64,000 bases of DNA from Eledone cirrhosa (Eukaryota). Position 1 is the first letter of the stretch. Each line of letters starts with the position of its first letter. A program made the position numbers and the translations under genes. Shown here piece after piece: positions 1 to 12,450 of the stretch. Under the pieces are notes generated by a model. It did no database searches, was not told the origin of the DNA, and saw only the letters and a program-made list of their open reading frames with translations. The stretch is taken from assembly GCA_964016885.1 (NCBI GenBank), contig OZ024741.1:53940001-54004000 (forward strand). The letters are read 5' to 3'.

Positions 1-39
1 AGAGTAGTTTCAATAGATTTAGTAAAGAAGTGGCGATAG

Positions 40-1150
40 AAATAATAGAAAGGTGGTGGGGCTGGAGCTGGAATTGGTGCTGATCTATTCCAGGCTGATG
101 TGTGCGGCCTATCGCCAGCACTTTGCTGGACTCTTTGGGAGGAGCAAGAGGCTACACCATCTTCAGGTATTCTTAAACAGTGAACAGGTGTGGTCGCCTT
201 ATGTGAGATACTTCCTTCCGCAGTTAGTCACTTTGAATGAGCTGCAGTCATGGGTGAAGATGAGACGGAGACCGAGCGCCTGGCAACTGGAATGTTGCCA
301 GGCGCTCACTACTCTCTGCCAAGCGGGTAATGCAGTCAGTGGAAATTCCACTCTATAGATGATTAGTGGTGGGCAAGCGCGACGACGCTCTCGGAGTCTC
401 TGAGCGTCTACGAAATTGAATTGTCCTGTCTGTTCTGGCGGACTTTCGTGCTGGAATCTACGGATGACATCCAGAAATCCTTCGGTTCGAGACAAACACT
501 AGAGACACGGAAGTGCAGTCTGACAGACCTGACATAGAAGTGTGCAGAGCGACGAAACTGTCCTGCATGCACTCGTCCAGTGTCTGTGCATTACTGACTT
601 GTAGAATTATGCCGAACAACTGTTATCGCGTGTGGCATGGATCCGGCTATGGAGTGAGCCCATCGTTAAGATCACTCCGTTTCCTTCTTTTGACAGGTGG
701 CTGTTGCGAAAGAGGGTGTGTTGTGGACAAATAACAGACACTTTTCTCTTGGGCCAATCCCTCATCAACTCTGTCAAGTTCACACTTGGAAAGAAAAGTG
801 AGGGTGGAGAAGGAAGTGCTAACCCCACCACCACCACCACCAGTACATTTGCTAAATGTGAGTGAATGTGGCGAGGATGGCCTGCCTGAATGGGCCTACT
901 CTGACCATGCACCGATCTAGAAAAGAGAGGGCGCCTTCCTCGGGGTCGCTCGGCGCGTCGGGTGGTTCAGGATTGGTGGGTTTCTGAGGCCCCCTGTGCG
1001 ATATCCCCTCCTCCATATTGGGGAATTCTGTTGTTTCTATTGTATTGTTTATTTTTTTGTTACATTTTATTACTCGGATTTATTGAAACCCCACTGTCCC
1101 CGTTTTTCTATTGTCTTCTATGTTCGGCCCTTTTGACCAATAATAACAAA
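40..1150 (+). mobile_element. Decayed Tx1/L1-clade LINE, 3' part of ORF2 plus 3' UTR
   Basis: Positions 485-583 translate as VRDKH*RHGSAV*QT*HRSVQSDETVLHALVQC, a remnant of the C-terminal zinc knuckle (ET..H....C) of L1/Tx1 ORF2 with stops. A pyrimidine-rich 3' UTR ends at TTTGACCAATAATAAC. A similar 3' end occurs at about 52970-53058. Confidence 0.7.
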
Positions 1151-1157
1151 CATTATT

Positions 1158-1541
1158 ATTGGCAGTATCGATAGAGCATCGGACGCCATGCTTTGCAACA
1201 TAGAGTTATGACCCTTTATGGTCTGAGTTCAAATCCCGCCGAGGTTAGCTTTGCCTTTCATCCTTACGGGGTCGATAAAATAAAGCACCAGTAATCCTGT
1301 GAGGTCGAGTTAATCGACTTTCCCTTCTAACCAAACTGCTGGCCTTGTGTCTATAGTAGAATGGGCAGTATCGGTAGAGGGTCTGACATGCTTTCCAGCA
1401 TAGTTACGTCCCTTTACGATCTGATTTCAATTCCCGCCGACGTTAACTTTGCCTTTCATCCTTACGGGGTCGATAAAATAAAGTACCAGTAATGTACTGA
1501 GTAATTGCTGACCTTGTCCCAAAAAGTAGAAACAATTATTA
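1158..1541 (+). mobile_element. Two tandem tRNA-derived SINEs (family 1)
   Basis: Each has an A-box-like TGGCAGTATCGGTAGAG, a B-box-like GAGTTCAAATCCC and the core CCTTTCATCCTTACGGGGTCGATAAAATAAAGTACCAG. The second copy ends GAAACAATTATTATT. Confidence 0.85.
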
Positions 1542-1757
1542 TTCTTTAATATACTCTCCAGAACATCTTATTCTCCTTTGTATCGAGTTCGTATTACTGT
1601 ATACTTCATTCAGTAATTCAACTACGGCAATATTGAAACTATTTATGTTAAATTATTTTTATTCAATTTTCGCTCAATGCCTCGAAATTCTATAGCTCAG
1701 TGAACTACATGAATTAATTAAAGAATGATAGATTTCAATCATTTCAATTTTGCTTCA

Positions 1758-1813
<56 letters not shown>

Positions 1814-1831
1814 ACATACATACATATACAC

Positions 1832-1891
<60 letters not shown>

Positions 1892-1902
1892 ACATATATA
1901 TA

Positions 1903-2005
1903 TAGGGTGTCATAAAATTTTTTTATATAAACACTTCAACACCATTCTAATAAATATTGCCTGTACATGTAATCAAATTTTGTATACATTTTTGGGGAAA
2001 TCCTG
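1903..2005. mobile_element. ~100 bp Tc1/mariner-type MITE
   Basis: Ends are (T)AGGGTGTCATAAAA and TTTTTGGGGAAATCCTG, with TA flanks. Internal AATATTGCCTGTA is the reverse complement of the copy at 37782-37882. Confidence 0.55.
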
Positions 2006-2022
2006 TAAGTATGTATGTGTGC

Positions 2023-2054
<32 letters not shown>

Positions 2055-2531
2055 ATGTGTGTGTGTATGCGTGTGTTTGTGTTTATGTGTGTTTATGCGT
2101 ATATATGTGTGTGAATACGCGATAATATAAGTACGTGTGTATATGTTTATGCAAATTCACAACTTTCTTCATAATGGTGATACATATGTCTACTTATATA
2201 TTTTTCCCTACACTCTCTATAATAAAGTCTATACTGCAACACGTGCATGTAATATTTATGGTTTACCTATGTGAGTATAAGTACCAGTTCTTAACATTGG
2301 GTACAGATATGTCAAGACATGTATTTGATAGTAAAAGTGTCAGTTTAAATCAACTTATAATTCACACAGTAATCAATTTTGAAAGAGGGTATGTCAGCTA
2401 TATCTTTTTTTCTGACTTACCTGGTCTTTACTTCATTATTGGTTCCTTTCCACTTACTCACGCTAAATGTTCATGCGTGTCTGCATATACAGTTAGTGGT
2501 ATATATAAAACTATCGTCCTTGTTATCCTTT

Positions 2532-2575
<44 letters not shown>

Positions 2576-2579
<4 letters not shown>

Positions 2580-3478
2580 TGAAACAAAATGAAAACGAAA
2601 TTTCATTTCTCACTCTTAGTATGGCACTTACTTAAATGTAAGTATGCATGTATACGTACATACATATATGTATACAGACGTACAGTAGCATGCACATATA
2701 TATATATACATATATACATACATATGCATACAGGTACACATACATATATGCGCGTATCAGTTTAACGTCGCTTTGTTCGTTTGTAAACAAACTGAACAGC
2801 CTTAACACCGTATGCCTTAACACCGTATGGCATAAATTCAGGCTGTTCAGTTTGTTTACAAACGAACAAAGCGACGTTAGCGCCGCTAAACTGATACGTG
2901 CATATATGTATGTGTACCTGTATGCATATGTATGTATATATGTATATATATATATATATGTGCATGCTACTGTACGTCTGTATACATATATGTATGTACG
3001 TATACATGCATACTTACATTTAAGTAAGTGCCATACTAAGAGTGAGAAATGAAATTTCGTTTTCATTTTGTTTCAATTTATCGTTTTCGGTATGCCTGAC
3101 CGATTTAACTCACTCAATATGCAAATTAGGCTGCTCAGCCGTTAATTTTCATAAGGAAAGTATATACTTTCGAACGTTCAACTATCTGGCAGATGGGTAA
3201 ACGGTGCTGATGATAGCTAACAAGCTTGAAACTAGTACATCGTTCCTGTGTCAGTGTTGAACAAAAAGGTGACGTGGTTGCCTTAACACCGTATGGCATA
3301 AATTCAGGCTGTTCAGTTTGTTTACAAACGAACAAAGCGACGTTAGCGCCGCTAAACTGATACGTGCATATATGTATGTGTACCTGTATGCATATGTATG
3401 TATATATGTATATATATATATATATGTGCATGCTACTGTACGTCTGTATACATATATGTATGTACGTATACATGCATA

Positions 3479-3481
<3 letters not shown>
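2576..3481 (+). mobile_element. Non-coding PLE/retrozyme-like element with inverted and tandem pseudo-LTR
   Basis: 2576-2802 is an inverted copy of about 2839-3079. A direct repeat starting GCCTTAACACCGTATGGCATAAATTC occurs at 2814 and 3280 (466 bp period). It contains a hammerhead and has (TA)n on both sides. Confidence 0.8.
3200..3244 (+). ncRNA. Minimal type I hammerhead ribozyme
   Basis: AACGGTG-CTGATGA-T-AGC TAACAA GCT-T-GAAA-CTAG-TA^CATCGTT. Stem I is 7 bp, stem III is the palindrome ACTAGT, and the cleavage triplet is GUA. Confidence 0.88.
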
Positions 3482-3528
<47 letters not shown>

Positions 3529-3587
3529 TAAATACATATATGTAGATATGTATACATGTATATATGTATGTATATATATATATATAT

Positions 3588-3767
3588 GTAACGAAGGTAG
3601 TCTGGTAAGGAAGCAGATGGACCATAACGCACCAGAGTACTCAATACTTAGGGTAGTAGAATGGGTAATAAGAAAATGTTTAACCACGACGGCAGAGCGC
3701 AACCGGTTTCGACGGCTATTTCTGACAGTCGAAGCGGCTTGAGCTCGGCCATCGCGGTTAAACATTT

Positions 3768-3770
<3 letters not shown>
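3588..3770. mobile_element. PLE pseudo-LTR fragment, family D, fold-back copy
   Basis: The minus arm reads AGCCGTC-GAAA-CCGG-TT-GCGCTC (3' half of a hammerhead) and is followed by a short inverted arm. Homologous to copies at 24113, 41755, 50597 and 56120. Confidence 0.7.
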
Positions 3771-3845
<75 letters not shown>

Positions 3846-3881
3846 TCATACATATATATAGATAGATAGATATCTGCATAG

Positions 3882-3921
<40 letters not shown>

Positions 3922-3925
3922 CTGT

Positions 3926-3960
<35 letters not shown>

Positions 3961-3961
3961 A

Positions 3962-3992
<31 letters not shown>

Positions 3993-4007
3993 CAGATATA
4001 TTTATAC

Positions 4008-4056
<49 letters not shown>

Positions 4057-4195
4057 TATATTTATACATATAAATAGATATATATATGCATACATATATA
4101 TATAGATAGATATATACATAGATATATATATATGCATACATATATATAAATATAGATATATACACATATATATATGCATATATACACACACACAC

Positions 4196-4229
<34 letters not shown>

Positions 4230-4627
4230 TTATATATTGTTATACTTTGGGAGGGTCATGTTGCCAATAAGAAACACACTCACCAGTTGTTTCACTTCAA
4301 TTTATTACAATAAATTTATAAATTTAGGAATTTATAAATTTCCGGTTGGTTGGTTGGTTCCACAACCAGATGGTTGTTTATATATTGTCAAAGTTCTTTC
4401 GTCACACATTCTGTGACCACTTCAGTGACTGGGATTCTTTTCTTTGTTTTTGTGCTTCTCCTTTGTTCTGTCCTACGCCATCTTGTTTTCGAGTGTGCTG
4501 TGTGCTTAGTTTGCTCATGTGTTGCATCCGGGTGTCTGTGTGTGTTTATATTTGTTTATTTATTTGTTTATTTTCATGATACTGGTTGGTTGTTTGTTCT
4601 ATGTGCCTGTGTGTTTTCATTTTGTCC

Positions 4628-4897
4628 TTAATTGTAAGTTTTGATGTTGCTGTTCCATTCATGTTTTTTATTTAGATTTGGTTGGAGTTCATTTATGTTT
4701 ATTGCCTTTGTCATTTGTCTAAACATTGCGTCTTTTCCGTATGTAGATTCTATTTTTATTTCTATTTTCTCCAATTTACCCTTATGTTCTATTTTAGCAT
4801 GTTGGTAGAGTACAGATGATTCTTTACTATCTTGAAGGTCTCGCCAGTGTTCATTTATCCGTTCCCCTATACTACGAGCTGTATGACCTATGTACAC
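4628..4897 (-). pseudogene. GIY-YIG endonuclease C-terminal fragment of a Penelope-like element
   Basis: YIGHTARSIGERINEH...SVLYQH...PNLN carries the YIG, R..EH, H and N motifs of PLE GIY-YIG domains. It is 5'-truncated. Confidence 0.88.
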
Positions 4898-4988
4898 TAT
4901 ATGTGCAAACTAATCACACAACACACAAAAACAAGATGGCGAAGGACAGAACAAAGGAGAGGCACAAAAACAAAGAAAAGAATCCCCA

Positions 4989-5031
4989 GTCACTGAAGAG
5001 GTCACAGAATGTGTGACGAAAGAACTTTGAC
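4989..5031 (+). ncRNA. Minimal type I hammerhead ribozyme, family A
   Basis: GTCA-CTGAAGA-G-GTCACA GAATG TGTGAC-GAAA-GAAC-TT^TGAC. The mirror copy at 4387-4429 (-) has an A9>T change. Confidence 0.82.
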
Positions 5032-5176
5032 AATATATAAACAATCATCTGGTTGTGGAACCAACCAACATACCGGAAATTTATAAATTCCTAAATTTAT
5101 AAATGTATTATAATAAATTGAAGTGAAACAACTGGTGCGTGTGTTTCTTATTGGCAACATAACCCTCCCAAAGTAT

Positions 5177-5226
<50 letters not shown>

Positions 5227-5239
5227 ATACATATATAAA

Positions 5240-5376
5240 TATAATTGTTTCTACTTTTGGCACAAGGCCAGCAAATAACCCAGTAGATTACTGGTACTTT
5301 ATTTTATCGACCCCATAAGTATGAAAGGCAAAGTTAACTTCGGCGGGATTTGAACTCAGAATGGCAAGGGCCGTAA
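5240..5376 (-). mobile_element. tRNA-SINE family 1, 5'-truncated
   Basis: Reverse complement of the SINE core and tail. Confidence 0.8.
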
Positions 5377-6039
5377 TATATATATATAAATATAATGAAT
5401 ATTAATATTATGCTATCGTGATATCCAATTATGTTGTTAGGCATAGTTAGGTAATATATATAATTTATCCTCGTTCAAGAAACTAAGGTGTCTGAGTATC
5501 GGAGTAAAAGTATTTTCCAGTAGCACGTTACGCACTTTTAATTTTTAATGTATATAATTTTTTTCATATCTATAAACATATGTTTGTGAGCGTTTATTTG
5601 TGTATGTGTGTGCATGTGTGTATATTTATTATACTTTATATATGTTAGCTCTAGTGATTACAACCTATCTATGATAGTAGCAACTCAGCTATCAAATGGT
5701 ATTGGTTAAAGGTGTGATTGTAGACCCAACATCTGTAAGCTTCTTACGAAGCGTTGCCTGATAAAACGTACCCTAAACATGATGTAAAGTAGTTGATCAT
5801 AGGATGACTAAATAAATGAATAGATAAACAAATTGTTGTGTATGCGAAATGAAAAATATTGGGTGACCATTGTTACGTTTCGGAACCTTGAAATCAAACT
5901 TATAATAATTTGTTGTCATGTTTATAATGACGGTGATGATGACTTTCCGTTCATTGCCAAGGTATGGTCTTCCTCTTTTCCTTCGGTTGCAAATTTTTTC
6001 AAAATATTTACTTCTGCGTTCACAGATTGATTTTTTTTA

Positions 6040-6200
6040 ATTAACGGTGAAAACAGCGATTCTGTGCTTAAAGTTTAATCTGTTATTTTAATAAATATTT
6101 GATCTATGGTTTTTATATATTTGATATATATATATATATATATATTATCCTTATCGAGCCCTCTTCGGATTTTAGTTTTCACATTTATTATTATTACTAT
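6040..6200 (+). mobile_element. PLE-like pseudo-LTR fragment, family C
   Basis: Shares GAAA-CAGCGATTCT.TGCTTAAA.TTTAATCTGTTATTTTAATAAAT with copies at 14660, 24355, 50012 and 53250, and ends in (TA)n. Confidence 0.65.
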
Positions 6201-6211
6201 ATATATATATG

Positions 6212-6262
<51 letters not shown>

Positions 6263-6778
6263 CTTATATTACTCAATACAGTTGATTGTTACCTAAGGTT
6301 TCTATAATACTTTCCCCTGTATTGGCCATGAAGTTACCTTATTGTTCGCCCGGGGATTTGCTTCACTTTAGGCCAGAAGATAGGATATGGCTGAAGTTAC
6401 ATTATACGAAATAACGTCGGGTCAAAGAGAGTAAGTTACCGTTTGGTTATTCAAGGAAATAACTATGGGGTCTATAATTTTTTATGCATTATATATATTT
6501 TTTAAAGGTTTAGTGAATGTGTTGAGTGTTTTTGTCTGTATGTGTGTGTATGTGTGTGTTTGTGTACTTCATATGGGTTTTATGTGTAGGATATGTATAT
6601 GGGGGTGATGCTGCCGTAGTTGAAATAAGGTGTTATGTATCGTTTACGTGTATTTATATATATTATGTATGTATTCTCGCACACACACATACACACACAC
6701 ATATATATATATATCATAAGTTTCACAACTCGTCTTGTCAAGCTTTCCACACGCACACGTTCACAAACACACATACAC

Positions 6779-6884
<106 letters not shown>

Positions 6885-7249
6885 CTGTTAAAGTTTGCTT
6901 GAAGCATTTTGGAATATGAAAAAAATAGGTGCTTTGGAAGCCTCAGCAATGCATTGTTGATGCTTCCAAAACGGCTTCCAAATATATTTGTATATATATA
7001 TATTTATGTAATATGCATACGTACACACATAAACACGCACAGACCCACACACATATATATAGTGTATGTATATGTGTATGTATGCACACTTACATTTATG
7101 TATCAGCTGTGGTAGCGCGAGAAATGTAATCTGTTTCAAGACACATTATATATATATATATATACAACAACAACAGCTACAACAACAACAGCAACAGCAG
7201 CAAAAAAACAACAGCAACAGTAGCAACAACAACAACAACAATGTTAACC

Positions 7250-7388
7250 ATTCCTTGATTCATCAACAATGGCCGATCTACTAAATGAAACTATTGCCCT
7301 CCCAGTAGCCATTGTCTCACAGGGGGAAACGCGTCTTCCTCCTCTGCACCAGCAGTTCAATCATCACCACTGACAACATCTCCTCTGC

Positions 7389-7455
<67 letters not shown>

Positions 7456-9468
7456 CACTACATCTTTGCCTACTGCTATCTCAAGGAATTTACCTCCTAA
7501 TACCAGGACAAGAACTCTCCCTCCCACAGCCCACAAAGGTCGTCAAAACGTACTCAAACTATCATCTACACCTCTCACAACACACACACACACATACACA
7601 CCCACTCGAAACCCCATCATTTGCCGCTACTCTCCACGCTATAGAATATGTACGGCTAGTGGCTGCAAATTCGCCCATTTACCTAGGACAAAACGGTCTA
7701 TCCCCACAAACAACAGCCACCACCATAATACATACTCTAATTTAACACCAACACAATCACCAATAACTCTAACAAGGAATCCACAAATCTACCGCTTTTC
7801 CCAGCGAGACAGATTGTGTTTACACTGGGATTGTCCCTTTACCCATATCCCGGGGACTCGTCGGAAAAATTAAAATAAAAATAAAAATAAAAGCAAAAAC
7901 AAAAACCATAACCTACATAAAAATAACCACTACCACAGTCACCAAAAGTCCCCTAAACAGGAAATTTCTTCCTCTTTTTTAGCCATAATGAATCTGGCAA
8001 AAGAACTGGAAAAAAACATTCGAGCTATCACCCAGCACCACCTTCCACTATCACCCCACTGCACAAACTCCCATTGCTGCCATTAACAAACAAACAAATT
8101 AACAACACACCAAAACAATTAAAACCATCCACTCCCGCCTCAACATTTTTGCTTAACGCCGAAGGCATCAGCCCTTCCAGCAATACTCAAAAATAGAAGA
8201 TCAAATTCCTGGAGGACTGGGTTGATGTCCATCCAAACCACATCCCTTTCTTCGTCCTCACTTAAACCCATCTCAGTAACCTCCACTTGGAAGCCGAGGT
8301 GAAAGTGAAACATTTCAAAGCCATCCGTGCTGATCGCGCTGGCAGAAGAAAGGGTGGGACTGCCATTTATGTCCATAATTCTTTCTCAACAGAGGCTATG
8401 AACATATTTTCTAATGGATACTGCGAAGCAGTCACTGTACTCAGTCAAACCAACAACCTAATAGCAGTTGGGCTCTATAGGCCACCCCAAACGCCTCTAC
8501 CATGCTTCAAGCAATGCCTCAACAGCATAAAGTGTTTCATCCAAGAGTGTTACCCTGACAACATTTTAATGATGGGGGACTTCAACCTCCCCGGAGTTGA
8601 CTGGTCCACAAACAGCCTGCCACCAGGTTCTTCTGCCTCAACCTCTGACAGGGAAGCAGTGGAATCGCTTCTTGACTTCATGCATGATTTCTTCCTGTCC
8701 CAACTGGTGCTCGAACCAACGAGGTGCCACAAAAACGTCCTAGACTTAATTTTTAGCAATCACACTGACACTATCCACAATATTGCAGTGGAGAAAACTC
8801 TACTCTCTGATCATGACATGGTTCTCTGTGATCTGAGATTCCACCGTCCAATATACAAACCCAATATACACCTTGAATACTGTTGTCCACTGTGGTCTCC
8901 CCACACGAAACAAAGTATCATGAAACTTGAAGCTCCCCAAAGGGAAATCACGAAAAAGATAGATGGCATATCAGACCTTGACTACTGGGGTCGACTAGAA
9001 AAGCTGAAAATTTACTCATTCCAACGTCGCCGTGAGCGTTATTTTATCTGCATGATGTCGAAAATGTTTCATCAGCACTGCCCAAATGATGTTGGCATCA
9101 CCTTCAAAATACACCCAAGGCTTGGGCCCCGTGCTATCCGTCCCAAACAAAAATCTAAATCGCAACTCATAACAACAATACGGCACAATTATTTCACCTC
9201 AATTGACCCTGCTCTCTTCAACATCATACCAGGACACGTCGAAACAGAAAATGACCACACGAAATTCAAGAAGTCTTTGGACAAATTCCTCCAAGTAATC
9301 CCGGACAAACCACCCACACCCGGATATGTCTTAGCAAACAGTAATTCCCTTCTCGAATGGGTCATGGTGCCCAAATCCTGAATTGAAAGACTTCGCCAGG
9401 TGGTGCTATTAAGTTAGACATGGACTGGGCCAATACTGGCCAAAACATTTCAAAGTTATTCAAAGTTA
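7250..9468 (+). mobile_element. Proto2/CR1-like LINE with ORF1 remnant and internally deleted ORF2
   Basis: The ORF1 region has C-x8-C-x4-C-x3-H (CRYSPRYRICTASGCKFAH) and a second degenerate copy. ORF2 has APE endonuclease motifs and an RT C-terminus. The 3' tail is (TTCAAAGTTA)2. Confidence 0.85.
8287..9381 (+). pseudogene. LINE ORF2 remnant: APE endonuclease fused in frame to the post-RT C-terminus
   Basis: RADR...GGTAIYV, LYRPP, MGDFN, LDLIF and SDHD (APE) are joined at ~8866 to HLEYCCPLWSP...YSFQRRRERY. The RT core is absent. Confidence 0.85.
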
Positions 9469-9844
9469 TATATATATATATATTGACTGACCGACGGTCA
9501 AAAATTAGACAGATACAATATAGACACAAACACATATATATAGTTTATCATAAATCTTTCGTTGCACATCTGCAACATCGTCAGTGGTGTTATCGTTTCC
9601 TCCTGTTGTATTATTATGTCTACGCCATTTCTATTCAGTCTGTCTATATATTTATTTATTTATTTGCTTGTTTGTTTATTTTATTTTGTCTTCTTTGCGC
9701 ATGCGTTTGCGTGTGTGTAGTGTTTTGTTTGCTGTGTGATGGGTGACTAGTGTGTGTTTATGTGCTTGTTGTTATTGTGTTTGTGTATGTATTTATTTAT
9801 TTATTTATTTATTTATTTTATTTTATTTACTTATTTATACTTCT

Positions 9845-10210
9845 CTTAGGTCAGTGTTGTTTGTTTGGGTGTTGTTATTCCATTCATTCTTTCTGTTTAG
9901 TCTTGGCCTTCTAATTTCTATTTCACTGGCCTCTCTGATTTGCTTATCTGCTGCGTCATTTCTATGTTTAGATATTATTCTAATTTCTATGTTGTCTATG
10001 TTACCGTCATGTTGTTGTCTGGCATGTTCGTATAGTACTGACCCGTTTTTTCGTCCTTAGTTCCCCCCAGTGTTGGTCTATCCCTTCACCTATGCTACGA
10101 GCTGTCTCACCTATCTATGTTGTTGTCATGTTTCTGCAAGTACCCCCTGTACATCTTATGCTATAGACTACGTTTCTAGTTTTACAGTTTATCCGGGAGT
10201 TTACCTTACA
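9845..10210 (-). pseudogene. GIY-YIG endonuclease remnant with upstream Cys linker (not in the ORF track)
   Basis: Manual translation: CKVNSRINCKTRNVVYSIRCTGGTCRNMTTT*IGETARSIGEGIDQHW / frameshift / SVLYEHARQQH...IREASEIEIRRPRLNRKNEW. Confidence 0.85.
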
Positions 10211-10412
10211 TATGATACACAAACACAATAATAGCAAGCACATAAACACACACTAGTCACCCATCACACAGCAAACAAAACACTACACACACGCAAACGC
10301 ATGCGCAAAGAAGACAAAATAAAATAAACAAACAAGCAAATAAATAAATAAATATATAGACAGACTGAATAAAAATGGCGTAGACATATAATACAACAGG
10401 AGGAAACGATAA

Positions 10413-10456
10413 CACCACTGACGATGTTGCAGATATGCAACGAAAGATTTATGATG
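10413..10456 (+). ncRNA. Type I hammerhead ribozyme, family B
   Basis: CACCA-CTGACGA-T-GTTGCA GATA TGCAAC-GAAA-GATT-TA^TGATG, with imperfect stems I and III. Other copies are at 9546-9589 (-) and 27666-27709 (-). Confidence 0.72.
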
Positions 10457-10718
10457 AACTATATATATGTGTTTGTGTCTATATTGTATCTGTATTATTT
10501 TTGACCGTCGGTCAGTCAATGGCAACATTGAGGACCGAATAAGTTAGATTACTGATATAAAAAGCACAGAAGCGAGAAGCGAAAACCAACCAAACAGTGA
10601 GTGTGTTCTGTTATTAATTCTGGCAATATTACACAAATATGACCCTCCCCAAGTATAACAATATTTGTTTCGACACACGATTTCATATAAAAAACCTCGC
10701 AAAACTAATTCATCGCCG

Positions 10719-10799
<81 letters not shown>

Positions 10800-11107
10800 C
10801 ACATGTATATATGCATGTGTGCATACGTATATGTGTGTATATATATATATGTTTAATATATTACCAATGTTGTCTGGGAATATGTTCATAAATGTATTGC
10901 TGTCAGAGTATGTGCTGCTCTGCATTCGGTCATAAATATAATAATGAGTTAAACCGTTGGATAATCGATCATTATAAATATATATCGGTAAACCTGGTGC
11001 AGTAGAAACAATGATGAACTGAACTGAAAGACAAGGCCTGCATGTCAGAATTTCTGAAATTTCTATTACAAAAGTTGCATTGCAAACTTGACTGTCACCA
11101 CTGAATA

Positions 11108-11146
11108 TGAACCTGAAGATTGCGAAAGCATGAAAGTACTTGTTCA
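11108..11146 (+). ncRNA. Minimal type I hammerhead ribozyme (solo)
   Basis: TGAAC-CTGAAGA-T-TGC GAAA GCA-T-GAAA-GTAC-TT^GTTCA. Stem I is a perfect 5 bp, stem II has a GNRA loop, and stem III is the palindrome AAGTACTT. Confidence 0.85.
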
Positions 11147-11292
11147 ATTAACATTTATCATTTAATATTCTACCATACTATTTCATTATAATATCATTAT
11201 AATTTTAAAGGATTGTAAATAAAACGAGTAAATAAAACAAAGTTGGAATTCCTTTTATTAATATAATCTTCTATACACAATCATACCCACCC

Positions 11293-11365
<73 letters not shown>

Positions 11366-11716
11366 AAATTAAGATAGTGGTTACACGCTTGTAAAAATTA
11401 TCCCCTGTGATTTTTCATGTTTATATTTATTTATATACATGTTGATCAATTCCTAGTTATTATATATATATATATATATATATATTCCTAGTTATTATTT
11501 ATATATATATATAATCATAAGTTTGAAGTCATACACATTTTATCCAATATTTTCTTCTTATTCCGTAAAAATCAACCAGATAAATAAATAAATGTATATA
11601 TATACATATATATATATAGTGCGTTATAGTACATCTATATATATATGGTCCATATACATATATATATATATGTAGTGCCTTATGGTCCATCTGGTTCCTT
11701 ACCACACTTCCTTCGT

Positions 11717-11749
<33 letters not shown>

Positions 11750-11766
11750 GTATATATATATATACG

Positions 11767-11799
<33 letters not shown>

Positions 11800-11800
11800 G

Positions 11801-11913
<113 letters not shown>

Positions 11914-12110
11914 GTGGTTGTATTGTGTGTGTGTCTGTGTGTGGGAGTGTATGTGTGTATACAAATGTTTATATTTGATGTTTACCCGTATAAAGCTTTG
12001 AGTTAAATCAAGTTGTAAGTTGAGATCGGTATCCCAGTTTATATGGTAATGCTTGAAAGAAATGTGATCATTGGATTGATAGAATGGCAGCCAAATCATC
12101 AAATAATATC

Positions 12111-12210
12111 CCGACCCGTCAACTCTCCCCGTCAGACGGGGAGATTTTCTATAGCCTTTGGGTTGGGTGAGACATGAATTCTCTTGTGAAAATGGGTATA
12201 GCTTTCATTA
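12111..12210 (+). mobile_element. DNA transposon end (possibly hAT-like) with subterminal palindrome
   Basis: Contains the CTCCCCGTC-A-GACGGGGAG hairpin and is a reverse-complement homologue of 20166-20266. Confidence 0.5.
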
Positions 12211-12225
12211 TTTGAGAGCGGTGGA

Positions 12226-12450
12226 TTGGATAGGGCGGTGAATTGGCAGTATCGGTAGAGGGTCGGACGTCATGCTTTGCAGCAAAGTGTTACGGCCATT
12301 TATGATCTGAGTTCAAATCCAGCCGAGGTTAACTTTGCCTTTCATCCTTACGAGGTCGATAAAATAAAGTAACTAGTACTTTATTTTATCGACCTCGTAA
12401 GGATGAAAATTGGAAATTGCTGGCCTTGTGCCAAAAGTAGAAACAATTAT
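12226..12450 (+). mobile_element. tRNA-SINE family 1 with 19-bp TSD and internal inverted duplication
   Basis: The target-site duplication (TSD) ATTATTTGAGAGCGGTGGA is at 12207 and 12446. Positions 12340-12371 are mirrored at 12377-12408. Confidence 0.85.

Larger units (their letters stand above)
4237..5181 (-). mobile_element. 5'-truncated Penelope-like element, family A, with inverted pseudo-LTR
   Basis: A GIY-YIG C-terminal ORF is followed by a 3' pseudo-LTR (4237-4627). Positions ~4900-5181 are an inverted copy of ~4237-4520. Both ends abut (TA)n. Confidence 0.9.
9483..10720 (-). mobile_element. 5'-truncated Penelope-like element, family B, with inverted pseudo-LTR
   Basis: A GIY-YIG remnant lies at 9845-10210. 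About 10215-10520 is an inverted copy of about 9483-9790 and continues to a 3' end, ATGACCCTCCCCAAGTATAACAA, nearly identical to that of family A. Confidence 0.88.

Noticed and set aside
1158-1260. tRNA genes at SINE heads
   Set aside because: Only A/B-box-like motifs are present, with no cloverleaf, and they are attached to the SINE body.
5923-6030. Minus-strand terminal exon SVNAEVNILKKFATEGKEEDHTLAMNGKSSSPSL*
   Set aside because: No acceptor site or recognisable homology.
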